From a bacterium (GTDB taxonomy: Bacteria; Patescibacteriota; Minisyncoccia; UBA6257; 2-01-FULL-56-20): a stretch of DNA of 58,920 bases. Each line of letters opens with the position of its first letter. The stretch's first letter is position 1. The translations under genes and the position numbers were made by a program. Below the pieces are notes generated by a model. The model was not told the DNA's origin. It did not search any database and was given only the letters and a program-made list of their open reading frames with translations. Positions 40,049 through 47,064 of the stretch are shown here, in pieces. The stretch spans positions 1 to 58,920 of the forward strand of contig DAIDAM010000014.1 of assembly GCA_027310625.1 (NCBI GenBank). Reading direction: 5' to 3'.

Positions 40049-40073
40049 CCTGCTTTGGAGAGCAGGTTTTTTT
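40049..40073 (+). terminator. Leader hairpin plus T7 (candidate attenuator in the rplJ leader)
   Basis: Stem cctgct, loop ttggag, stem agcagg, followed by ttttttt. It lies about 110 nt upstream of the rplJ ATG. Confidence 0.5.
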
Positions 40074-40080
40074 ATTAATA

Positions 40081-40177
40081 AACCATAACTCGAATCTACA
40101 AATTTGCGCGAATTTGGCGAATGGTAACAGAAATTTATTCGCCATATTAGCGCGCATTTGCGATATTCGAGTTACGC
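40081..40177. repeat. ~97-bp inverted-repeat element upstream of rplJ (ends ATAACTCGAAT...ATTCGAGTTAC)
   Basis: A sister copy at 40797-40888 upstream of rplL has the same ends and a similar gcgcgaat/gcgaata interior. Confidence 0.7.
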
Positions 40178-40181
40178 CATC

Positions 40182-40706
40182 ATGAAAACAAAAAACCAAA
40201 AACAGACCGAACTCAACGAAGGAAAAAAGCTTTTGGACAAAAGCCAAATTTTGATTTTCACCGATTTCTCCAAAGTCGGCACGGCGGACGTGAGAAAACT
40301 CCGCCAGCAGCTGAAGGAAATCGGCGCGAAGTATTTCGTCATCAAAAAACGTCTTTTGGGATTGCTTTTCAAAGAGAAAGGAATCGAAATTGACACGAAA
40401 GCGCTCGGGCCGCAGCTCGGAACAATTTTTTCGGAGTCGGACATCGAGAAATCGAGTTCGCCGGTTTACAAATTCTTTTACGCTCTCGGCGGCGATTCCA
40501 AAGCGGCGCGCGCCGAAAGCGTCAAAAAAATTCTCGGCGCCTACGACTTGAAGAAAAAGAATTTTATTGACGCGAAAGACGTCGTTTTCATCGGGCAACT
40601 GCCGTCGCGGGAAATTCTTTTGGCGCAACTTTTGGGAATGATGTCCGCACCGATAAGTTCATTTTTATATGTGTTGAGTGAAAAGAGCAAAACCCCCACG
40701 CCATAA
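40182..40706 (+). CDS. rplJ: 50S ribosomal protein L10
   Basis: ATG at 40182. The sequence ...ILIFTDFSKVGTADVRKLRQQLKEIGAKYFVIKKRL is typical of uL10, and the gene sits immediately upstream of rplL. Confidence 0.85.
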   Translation: MKTKNQKQTELNEGKKLLDKSQILIFTDFSKVGTADVRKLRQQLKEIGAKYFVIKKRLLGLLFKEKGIEIDTKALGPQLGTIFSESDIEKSSSPVYKFFYALGGDSKAARAESVKKILGAYDLKKKNFIDAKDVVFIGQLPSREILLAQLLGMMSAPISSFLYVLSEKSKTPTP

Positions 40707-40796
40707 CGTGGCCATTACTGAATCAATGTTTAAATATAAAAATTGGGAGAAACCAGCCACGTTTGGTGTGGGGGAAAAGGTCGTGAGCAAAAAGTG

Positions 40797-40888
40797 AACC
40801 ATAACTCAAATCTACGAATGTGCGCGAATTTAGCGAATAATGTTTAAATTCGTCATATTCGCGCGAATTCGCGTAATTCGAGTTACGC
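40797..40888. repeat. ~92-bp inverted-repeat element upstream of rplL
   Basis: Sequence is aaccataactcaaatctacgaatgtgcgcgaatt...gcgcgaattcgcgtaattcgagttacgc. Confidence 0.7.
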
Positions 40889-40895
40889 ATAAATC

Positions 40896-41255
40896 ATGGA
40901 CAAGCACCAGGACTTAATCACAAAAATAGAATCGTTGACGGCGCTTGAGCTCGCTGAGCTCGTGAAGGCGCTCGAGGAAAAATTCGGCATCAAAGCCGCC
41001 GCGCCCGTCGCTGCCGGAGCAGGAGCCGCCGCCGTCGAGGAAAAAACTTCCTTTAACGTTCTTTTGAAAGCGTCCGGCGACCAGAAAATAAACGTCATCA
41101 AGGTCATTAGAGAAGCGACCGGACTCGGCCTGAAGGAATCGAAGGACATCGTTGATGGCGCGCCGAAAACGGTGAAGGAAGGACTGAAAAAAGAAGAGGC
41201 AGATGAACTAAAGAAGAAATTGGAAGCCGCCGGAGCAGTTGTGGAAATTCAGTAA
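40896..41255 (+). CDS. rplL: 50S ribosomal protein L7/L12
   Basis: [18 protein letters not shown], an Ala-rich hinge, and [28 protein letters not shown]...[10 protein letters not shown]. Confidence 0.95.
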   Translation: MDKHQDLITKIESLTALELAELVKALEEKFGIKAAAPVAAGAGAAAVEEKTSFNVLLKASGDQKINVIKVIREATGLGLKESKDIVDGAPKTVKEGLKKEEADELKKKLEAAGAVVEIQ

Positions 41256-41296
41256 GCGACCGGAAGCCGGCGACCAAATATCAGAAACCGGTAACC

Positions 41297-41336
41297 AAAA
41301 CACCGCTATGACAAGTCATAGCGGTGTTTTGGTTTT
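41297..41336 (+). terminator. P22-family hairpin terminator of rplL
   Basis: Sequence aaaacaccgctatgacaagtcatagcggtgtttt is followed by ggtttt. Confidence 0.65.
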
Positions 41337-41425
41337 GATAGCTGGCGCGATGTTTACAGCAAGCGCGAGTTCGGCAGGCAAGAGAGACATGGAGAAATTG
41401 CCGCCGAGCGCGTAGAGAATGAAAT

Positions 41426-41463
41426 TACTATCATCATATCACAATTGTGATTATATGATAGTA
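41426..41463. repeat. P38 palindrome (between convergent genes)
   Basis: Sequence is tactatcatcatatcacaattgtgattatatgatagta. Confidence 0.8.
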
Positions 41464-41587
41464 GAGGTTTTTGTTGTTGGTTGTCGGTTATTCGTCGGTT
41501 GATTGCCGCCGGTTAATTTCCTTAATTTCCGAGATTTCCACGAAAAGAGAGCCAACAACCGCTCCGATTCAATAGTCGCATCGGAAT

Positions 41588-42313
41588 TCATTTCAAACAC
41601 GAACTGTTTCCCCGCAAACCGTTTCCCGATTCGCGCGCACGTTCTTCGGCGGCTTTGAATTCGTTTTGATATTTGTACGGCAGGCGATAGGTATATTCGT
41701 AGGCGTAGCCCTCCTCAATCATAAGCTTGTTGAAATTTATTTCACCCGAAGATGAGTTTGTTGAATCGTCCGTCAGAAAGGCATACGCCAGCAATCGGCC
41801 ATATTTGTCGTAATCTCCCTGCGTCGAGTCTTTTTCCAAATAAATCTTTTGGCTGTTGAGCATAAATTCCGCCTCTTTTTTTGCTTCTTGCGCGAGGCAG
41901 GCGACTTGCGGGCGTTTGTCGTTCAACTCCGGCGAGTCGATGCCGATGAGACGAACTCTCGTCGTCGTGTTGTTCAAAAGAACGTCAATCGTGTCGCCGT
42001 CAATAACCCTGACGACGGAAACAGCATCAACGGCACCGCTATGACTTGTCATAGCAGTGTTCGTTGCGGTGCTTGTCGGCTCAAGATACGCCTTTATCGA
42101 TTGTTGACTTTTTGTCAACAAAGAGGAACCTGTGGCGAGCTTGTCGAGTCCATTGTCGATTACTGCTGCGGTTTGGTTTTTCGCAATCAGTCGGCTCGAT
42201 TGGTTTGAAACCGGCGAATCCGCCGTTCGGCGGTCATAGCCAAGCCGATAAAAAATAACGGCGATTACCATAAAGAGAACTGCCAGCAAAAGTTTTTTCG
42301 GAAAATTTGTCAT
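41588..42313 (-). CDS. secreted/membrane-anchored thermonuclease (SNase-like)
   Basis: N-terminal TM helix, then VVRVIDGDTIDV...VRLIGIDSPE...KYGRLLAYAF...EEGYAYEY. The N-terminal linker contains one P22 copy and one P25 copy in frame. Confidence 0.8.
   Translation of the reverse strand: MTNFPKKLLLAVLFMVIAVIFYRLGYDRRTADSPVSNQSSRLIAKNQTAAVIDNGLDKLATGSSLLTKSQQSIKAYLEPTSTATNTAMTSHSGAVDAVSVVRVIDGDTIDVLLNNTTTRVRLIGIDSPELNDKRPQVACLAQEAKKEAEFMLNSQKIYLEKDSTQGDYDKYGRLLAYAFLTDDSTNSSSGEINFNKLMIEEGYAYEYTYRLPYKYQNEFKAAEERARESGNGLRGNSSCLK
42034..42059. repeat. P22 copy inside the nuclease ORF
   Basis: Sequence is caccgctatgacttgtcatagcagtg, read on the minus strand as TAMTSHSGA. Confidence 0.7.
42099..42123. 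repeat. P25 copy inside the nuclease ORF, T5 orientation on the plus strand
   Basis: Sequence is gattgttgactttttgtcaacaaag, read on the minus strand as LLTKSQQS. Confidence 0.75.
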
Positions 42314-42424
42314 TATTGCGCCGATTTTCAGCGTCTGTTAATATTCTAAACGATCGGCAATCGAAAGCACCTTTAGCTCCTGCCTTCGCATAAAAGCTGC
42401 GGCGGGCAGGCAGTGCAGGGCTTT

Positions 42425-42496
42425 GGGCACATAGCTCAGTGGTAGAGCGCTATCTTCACACGATAGAGGTCCAAGGTTCAATCCCTTGTGTGCCCA
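42425..42496 (+). tRNA. tRNA-Val (anticodon CAC)
   Basis: Acceptor stem gggcaca/tgtgccc, D arm gctcagtggtagagc, anticodon arm ctatc-ttCACac-gatag, and T arm caagg-ttcaatc-ccttg. Confidence 0.9.
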
Positions 42497-42510
42497 CAAA
42501 ACAAACAATT

Positions 42511-42855
42511 ATGGAATACAAAGGCAACGATTTTTATTGTGATGTTGCGCTGAAAAATACATCAGCGCTCAAAAAGGAATACGAGAGCGAGCAAGTGCTT
42601 GCTTATCATCACACAAAACCTCATTGGCCGGTTCACATTATTGTTATTCCGAAGAAACACATTCTCTCATTCACAAATCGAGAAAAAGAAAACGACGTTA
42701 TCGTCAATGAATTGTTCGATGTCGTTAGAATGATTGCGAAAAAAATTGAGGAAGAAAGAGGCGGAGCGCGCATTTTGACCAATTTAGGAAATTATCAGGA
42801 TTCCAAACATTTACATTTTCATGTGAGTAGCGGGGATCCTTTATTGCAATCCTGA
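42511..42855 (+). CDS. HIT-family (histidine triad) protein
   Basis: HWPVHIIVIPKKH and the HLHFHV triad. The track ORF start at 42439 overlaps the tRNA and is rejected. Confidence 0.85.
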   Translation: MEYKGNDFYCDVALKNTSALKKEYESEQVLAYHHTKPHWPVHIIVIPKKHILSFTNREKENDVIVNELFDVVRMIAKKIEEERGGARILTNLGNYQDSKHLHFHVSSGDPLLQS

Positions 42856-42929
42856 TAATCATAATCCTGATGTTGCCTCGGGACTAAAGCAGAACAGAAA
42901 TAATAAAATAACATAAGAAATCCTTGATC

Positions 42930-42967
42930 ACTATGATTATATCACAATTGTGATATAGTAATAGTAA
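42930..42967. repeat. P38 palindrome
   Basis: Sequence is cactatgattatatcacaattgtgatatagtaatagta. It ends 32 nt upstream of the next ATG. Confidence 0.8.
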
Positions 42968-42998
42968 CGTTGTTAACTGGAAAATTCATGGATTTACA

Positions 42999-43907
42999 AT
43001 GCTCTCCGAATTGAATCAGATAAAAACTAAAGACGGGCTGCGGTTGGAAGGACTTTTGTTCAAGGCGCAAGGGAAAGCCCTTCGACGCGGCTCAGGGCGA
43101 GCAATCGCACTTTGGCTGGGCGGTCTCGGCAGCAGGTTTTCAAGTAGTCCGGCGCGCGTTCACGCGATTGCAGGCGAGCTCGCAAAAAAGAAAATCTCTT
43201 TTGCTGTTTTTAACAATCGCGGCTTCGGCGACGTAAACAGCCTAACCATCAAGCACGGTAAAAAGAGTGCCTACAAATACTTCGGCGCGAGTTTCGAAAA
43301 ATTCGAGGACTGCGTTCTCGATATTGAGGCAATGATCCGCTTTTGCCGGAAAAGGGGATACAAAAAGATTTTTCTTTTGGGGTATAGCACGGGCGCTAAC
43401 AAAACTGCTTACTACATTTTAAAAAAACGCGGACGAGGGATTGCCGCCGCCTGCCTTCTCGGGCCAATGAACGATGCTATAGTTATCAAAAAAGAACTCG
43501 GCAGGAAATACAAAAAAGCGCTTGAAACTGCCGGCAAAATGGTCAGGCGTGGTAAAGGAAGTGAATTATTGCCAATGACAATGACCAACGGCATGTTTTG
43601 GACTGCGGCACGTTTTTGGAGCAATGCACGCAAGAGTTCAAATGAAGACCTCTTTCCCTATTACGACCCAAAACGCAAATTTCGCTGGACAAAAAACATC
43701 CGATTGCCGGTCTTGGTTCTAATTGGGTCCAGAGAACAGCACGCCGACCGCCCCGTCCTGGAAATTATGGAAAGATTTCAGCGTGAGATTCCCGCCGAAT
43801 ATTTCTCCGGCAAAATTATCAAAGGCGCTAATCACGGCTTCAGAAAAAAAGAAAAAGAACTCGGCCGCGAGCTGGCGAAATGGATTTCGATGGTATCGCG
43901 CAAATAA
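42999..43907 (+). CDS. alpha/beta-fold hydrolase
   Basis: A GYSTGAN nucleophile elbow (GxSxG), with later Asp and His regions (GSREQHAD, GANHGF). Confidence 0.7.
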   Translation: MLSELNQIKTKDGLRLEGLLFKAQGKALRRGSGRAIALWLGGLGSRFSSSPARVHAIAGELAKKKISFAVFNNRGFGDVNSLTIKHGKKSAYKYFGASFEKFEDCVLDIEAMIRFCRKRGYKKIFLLGYSTGANKTAYYILKKRGRGIAAACLLGPMNDAIVIKKELGRKYKKALETAGKMVRRGKGSELLPMTMTNGMFWTAARFWSNARKSSNEDLFPYYDPKRKFRWTKNIRLPVLVLIGSREQHADRPVLEIMERFQREIPAEYFSGKIIKGANHGFRKKEKELGRELAKWISMVSRK

Positions 43908-43920
43908 CTTGTCGGCCAAT

Positions 43921-43952
43921 CTATTCTCATATTCTTAAGAACATTAGAATAG
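43921..43952. repeat. P32 variant copy
   Basis: Sequence is ctattctcatattcttaagaacattagaatag. Confidence 0.8.
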
Positions 43953-43966
43953 TTTGTTGACAAAAA

Positions 43967-43996
43967 TATTCTCATATTCTGCAGAATGTTGGAATG
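43967..43996. repeat. P32 variant (CTGCAG centre)
   Basis: Sequence is tattctcatattctgcagaatgttggaatg. Confidence 0.75.
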
Positions 43997-44111
43997 TTTC
44001 GTGGTTGCTTTATACCCCTCCCTAATTCGTGCGAATAAGGGATATAAAAATTCGCTTCAAAATTTTTGTTTGTGGCTTTTTCAGCTACAATCAGTATGTT
44101 TGCTAAATCTT

Positions 44112-44138
44112 CGATTGTTGACTTTTTGTCAACAATCG
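44112..44138. repeat. P25 palindrome, T5 orientation, perfect 11-bp arms
   Basis: Sequence is cgattgttgactttttgtcaacaatcg. It lies 210 bp beyond the 3' end of the recombinase gene. Confidence 0.85.
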
Positions 44139-44233
44139 TACCAAACTGACCGTCGGCAATTTGTTGCTTTTGTTGCTTGATTGGCGTCAGTCAGTTTGGT
44201 ATCTTTAACTCGGCCCGTAAGGGCCGCCGCCAG

Positions 44234-44320
44234 ATTCGGTGGGGATAGTTGGCCGAGTTCCTCGGATTCAAAATCCGTAGTAGCTGCAGGCACCAAGTCC
44301 CGTGTACACAACGCACCGAG
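44234..44320 (+). pseudogene. degenerate tRNA-Leu(CAA)-like relic
   Basis: Has acceptor-like pairing tcggtg/caccga, the D-loop motif ttggccgag and an anticodon arm cgga-ttCAAaa-tccg. The T arm is broken (caccaagtcccgtg) and extra bases precede the 3' acceptor strand. Confidence 0.35.
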
Positions 44321-44347
44321 AAGAAGCTCTGGCGGCTTTCCCCTTTT

Positions 44348-45286
44348 TTATTTTCTTCGCCTTCCGTGAAAAGTTTTATGAATCTCGCGCAATTCCTTGT
44401 TGGTGAGGTGAGTGTAAATCTGCGTCGTGGAAATGTTGGAATGGCCGAGGAGCGATTGCACGGAGCGCAAATCGGCGCCGTTCATCAATAAGTCCGTCGC
44501 AAACTGATGGCGCAGCTGGTGGGGCGTAATGTGTTCTGCAATTCCCGCTTTTCTGCCGTAAAAATTCACCAGACGCTGAACGGCGCGGGGAATGATGCGA
44601 CCTATCACTTTGACTGGTCTCTTGTCGCCGGTCGCTTTGGTTAAACTCACGAACAACGCTTCGTCCGCGTCCGTCCGCTTGCCCAGATAATTTTTAATCG
44701 CTTTTTTGGCGCGGTCGGAGAGAAAAACGACGCGCAGTTTGTCGCCTTTGCCGCGGACGGTGATTTCTCCGCGAGCCAAATCAATGTAGCGGCTGAGCGA
44801 ACATAATTCCGAAATGCGGAGGCCGGTTGAAAAAAACGTTTCGAGAATCGCTTTGTCGCGGAGTGAGCGCAAATCCGAGCCGCTCGGCGCCGAAAGCAAG
44901 CGCTCAAGGTCGCCGTATTCGATTATGGAAATCTGGCGGCTCGGCGCTTTCGGCAGTTCGATTTTTTCGGCGGCGAGAGTTTCGATGTCGCGTTTGGTGA
45001 GATATTTTAAAAAATTTCTGATGGCGATGACGTAATAATTCTGCGTGATTTTTTTCAATGGACGGGCTCGCCCTCCCAAGTGTTTTTCCGAAAAATTTGG
45101 GCGGGCGAGCGCGAGGCGGAAATTTCTGACGGCGGCGTCCGTTATGTCGGAAGGAGATTTTATTTTCGCGGCGGATATGAATTCCTTCAGGTAATGCTCA
45201 TAACTTTCCCGCGTCTTCGGCGAGCGGTTTCGTTCAATTTCCAAATAATTCAAATAATCGGTTAAGAATTTTTGTATGTCAGTCAT
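44348..45286 (-). CDS. tyrosine recombinase, XerC/XerD-like
   Basis: N-terminal SAM-like domain (YLEIERNRSPKTRESYEHYL), then RDKAILETFFSTGLRISEL, HQLRHQFATDLL, and LLGHSNISTTQIYTH (the R..HxxR..Y catalytic set). Confidence 0.9.
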   Translation of the reverse strand: MTDIQKFLTDYLNYLEIERNRSPKTRESYEHYLKEFISAAKIKSPSDITDAAVRNFRLALARPNFSEKHLGGRARPLKKITQNYYVIAIRNFLKYLTKRDIETLAAEKIELPKAPSRQISIIEYGDLERLLSAPSGSDLRSLRDKAILETFFSTGLRISELCSLSRYIDLARGEITVRGKGDKLRVVFLSDRAKKAIKNYLGKRTDADEALFVSLTKATGDKRPVKVIGRIIPRAVQRLVNFYGRKAGIAEHITPHQLRHQFATDLLMNGADLRSVQSLLGHSNISTTQIYTHLTNKELREIHKTFHGRRRK

Positions 45287-45327
45287 AAGAATTATGAATT
45301 TGTGGCGCAGGCGAATCGCTATTCGTT

Positions 45328-45352
45328 GACTGTTGACTTTTTGTCAACGATG
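45328..45352. repeat. P25 palindrome, T5 orientation
   Basis: Sequence is gactgttgactttttgtcaacgatg. It begins 42 bp upstream of the recombinase start codon. Confidence 0.8.
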
Positions 45353-45475
45353 AGAAGTTTTTCATTTTAGTTTTAGTTGTTTAGTTTTAGTTGTTGTGTA
45401 ATTTTTTTGATTGTTGCGCATTTTTTTGGTTTATATCTGTATCGTAGCTAAAAAGGGAACAATGGCTAGTTTGGT

Positions 45476-45500
45476 GACTGTTGACAAAAAGTCAACAAAG
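45476..45500. repeat. P25 palindrome, A5 (inverted) orientation
   Basis: Sequence is gactgttgacaaaaagtcaacaaag. It is the only copy in the window with the opposite polarity. Confidence 0.8.
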
Positions 45501-45693
45501 AAAATTTGCGGCTTTTATTAATTTAATGTTTCCCGATTACTTAATTGAATTTGGGGTATATATTAATTTTATAGCATTTTCCAAAGTGTCGCAAAACTAA
45601 TTTTGAACAACATAAAAGATGTTGATGTCGTTCAAAATGAAAATATTGTTGCAACAGATAAATCTATCGCAAAATATTTACTCCGTATTTATG

Positions 45694-45722
45694 TTGACCT
45701 TTTCTATTTTTCATGTTATTTA
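45694..45722 (+). promoter_or_regulatory. Candidate promoter TTGACC-N17-TATTTA
   Basis: Upstream of the GC-rich ORF at 45787. Confidence 0.4.
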
Positions 45723-45786
45723 TTGCTTATGCGGCCGGGGATTGGCTCTGGTCGCAAAACCCGCATGATGCCAAAGGAGGCGCGCG

Positions 45787-46149
45787 ATGGGTAGCAATTT
45801 GTCACATGAACTTCTGGACGCAGAATTCCTCTGTGCGTTTGGCACAGTGGAATATATAAGGGGCTACAAATACTACGTAGGCCGGGGAACGTCGTTAACA
45901 TACGACACTAATAACGGCGTTCTCGCAGTTTACGACGAGGAAGGTCGTCCGTGGGTTACCAAGTTTGTCAATCCCCACAAGAACGATCCCACCGTAATTT
46001 CAGGTTCTGATGAATGGCTGGGGCGACTGTGCAAGGAATACAGGCTCCGCCGCGGGGCGCATGTTCCGCACTCTAACGATGGAGGGCGCTTCATGAATTC
46101 CATCCTTCCTAATCTCCAAAACTTGCCTCTTATAACAGTGCCGCTCTAA
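45787..46149 (+). CDS. GC-rich hypothetical protein
   Basis: A 120-aa ORF with an AAGGAGG Shine-Dalgarno site 6 nt upstream and a terminator downstream. No motif was recognised. Confidence 0.45.
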   Translation: MGSNLSHELLDAEFLCAFGTVEYIRGYKYYVGRGTSLTYDTNNGVLAVYDEEGRPWVTKFVNPHKNDPTVISGSDEWLGRLCKEYRLRRGAHVPHSNDGGRFMNSILPNLQNLPLITVPL

Positions 46150-46174
46150 GGCGACATTATCCGGCAGAATTTCT

Positions 46175-46207
46175 CCCGCCACGCTGAAAGGCTTGGCGGG
46201 TTTTTGC
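46175..46207 (+). terminator. Intrinsic terminator
   Basis: Stem cccgcc, loop, stem ggcggg, followed by tttttgc. Confidence 0.6.
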
Positions 46208-46274
46208 TCTTGAAATAATTATAATTTGCACTTATAATGTAAGCCGATTCCGAGTGGCTAATAATTAATAACCG

Positions 46275-46862
46275 ATGACTGATAACAATAAAGACAAGCA
46301 AAACCCCTCTAGCCAGCCGATTCCGAAGCCGGAACCGTCTCGACAGAGTTCCCGCTCGGAGAGCGAGGTCCGCCCCGCAGGGGCGGCGGGGCAAGCAGGC
46401 TCGGACGAAAAGCTTGCCGCTTGCGAAAAGCAGCGTGACGAATATCTCGCCGGCTGGCAGAGGGCAAAAGCCGATTTTCTGAATTACAGAAAAGACGAGG
46501 CGGCGCGATTTGAGCAAATGATTAGGTTTGCGAACGAAGACCTTTTGGAGGAATTAATAGAAGTTCTGGACAGCTTTGATTTGGGTTTACAGGCGCTCGA
46601 AAAAAAGGGGCCAGTGGAGAAAGGGGTTTACATGATTCGCTCAAAACTGGAGGATGTGATGAAGCAACGCGGCGTTGAGCGCATATCGGTAAAGGTTGGC
46701 GAAAAATTTGACCCCTCTTTAGCGGAAGCGATAGTTGAGGCGGAATCCGAACAGCCGTCGGGAACAATTGTGGAAGTAATTGAAAACGGCTACAAGCTTA
46801 ACGGAAAAATTTTGAGGCCGGCGAGGGTGAAAGTTAGCCGCGGTATGCAAACATCGGCATAA
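46275..46862 (+). CDS. grpE: nucleotide exchange factor GrpE
   Basis: YLAGWQRAKADFLNYRKDE, and a C-terminal FDPSLAEAI...GYKLNGKILRPARVKV. Confidence 0.9.
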   Translation: MTDNNKDKQNPSSQPIPKPEPSRQSSRSESEVRPAGAAGQAGSDEKLAACEKQRDEYLAGWQRAKADFLNYRKDEAARFEQMIRFANEDLLEELIEVLDSFDLGLQALEKKGPVEKGVYMIRSKLEDVMKQRGVERISVKVGEKFDPSLAEAIVEAESEQPSGTIVEVIENGYKLNGKILRPARVKVSRGMQTSA

Positions 46863-47064
46863 ATCAGTTATAATCAGCATTTATCAGCGTTTGTGCTATT
46901 GACTCAGCTTGAACGCTGATTTACCTGCCCGCCACAGCCTTCCAATGAAACCCCGCAATTGCAATCAAAGGTCAATACTTATTTTGAGACTACATCGTAC
47001 CTTTGTTGGTAGACTTTGGCAGGTGGGTACAGATACCTACTGATTAATGCTGATATAAAAATTC

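Noticed and set aside
42439-42510. An N-terminal extension of the HIT protein ORF (MVERYLHTIEVQGSIPCVPTK..).
   Set aside because: This stretch is simply the translation of the tRNA-Val gene. The conserved HIT sequence starts at the ATG at 42511.
44234-44320. A functional tRNA-Leu(CAA).
   Set aside because: The anticodon arm and D-loop motif are convincing. However, no 5-bp T stem or TTCRA loop can be drawn, the D stem does not pair, and 7-8 extra bases separate the T region from the 3' acceptor strand. I kept it only as a relic.
45353-45790. A replication origin, suggested by an AT-rich region with short tandem repeats.
   Set aside because: No DnaA-box-like 9-mers (TTATCCACA or variants) are evident and no dnaA or dnaN is nearby. 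AT-richness alone is insufficient.
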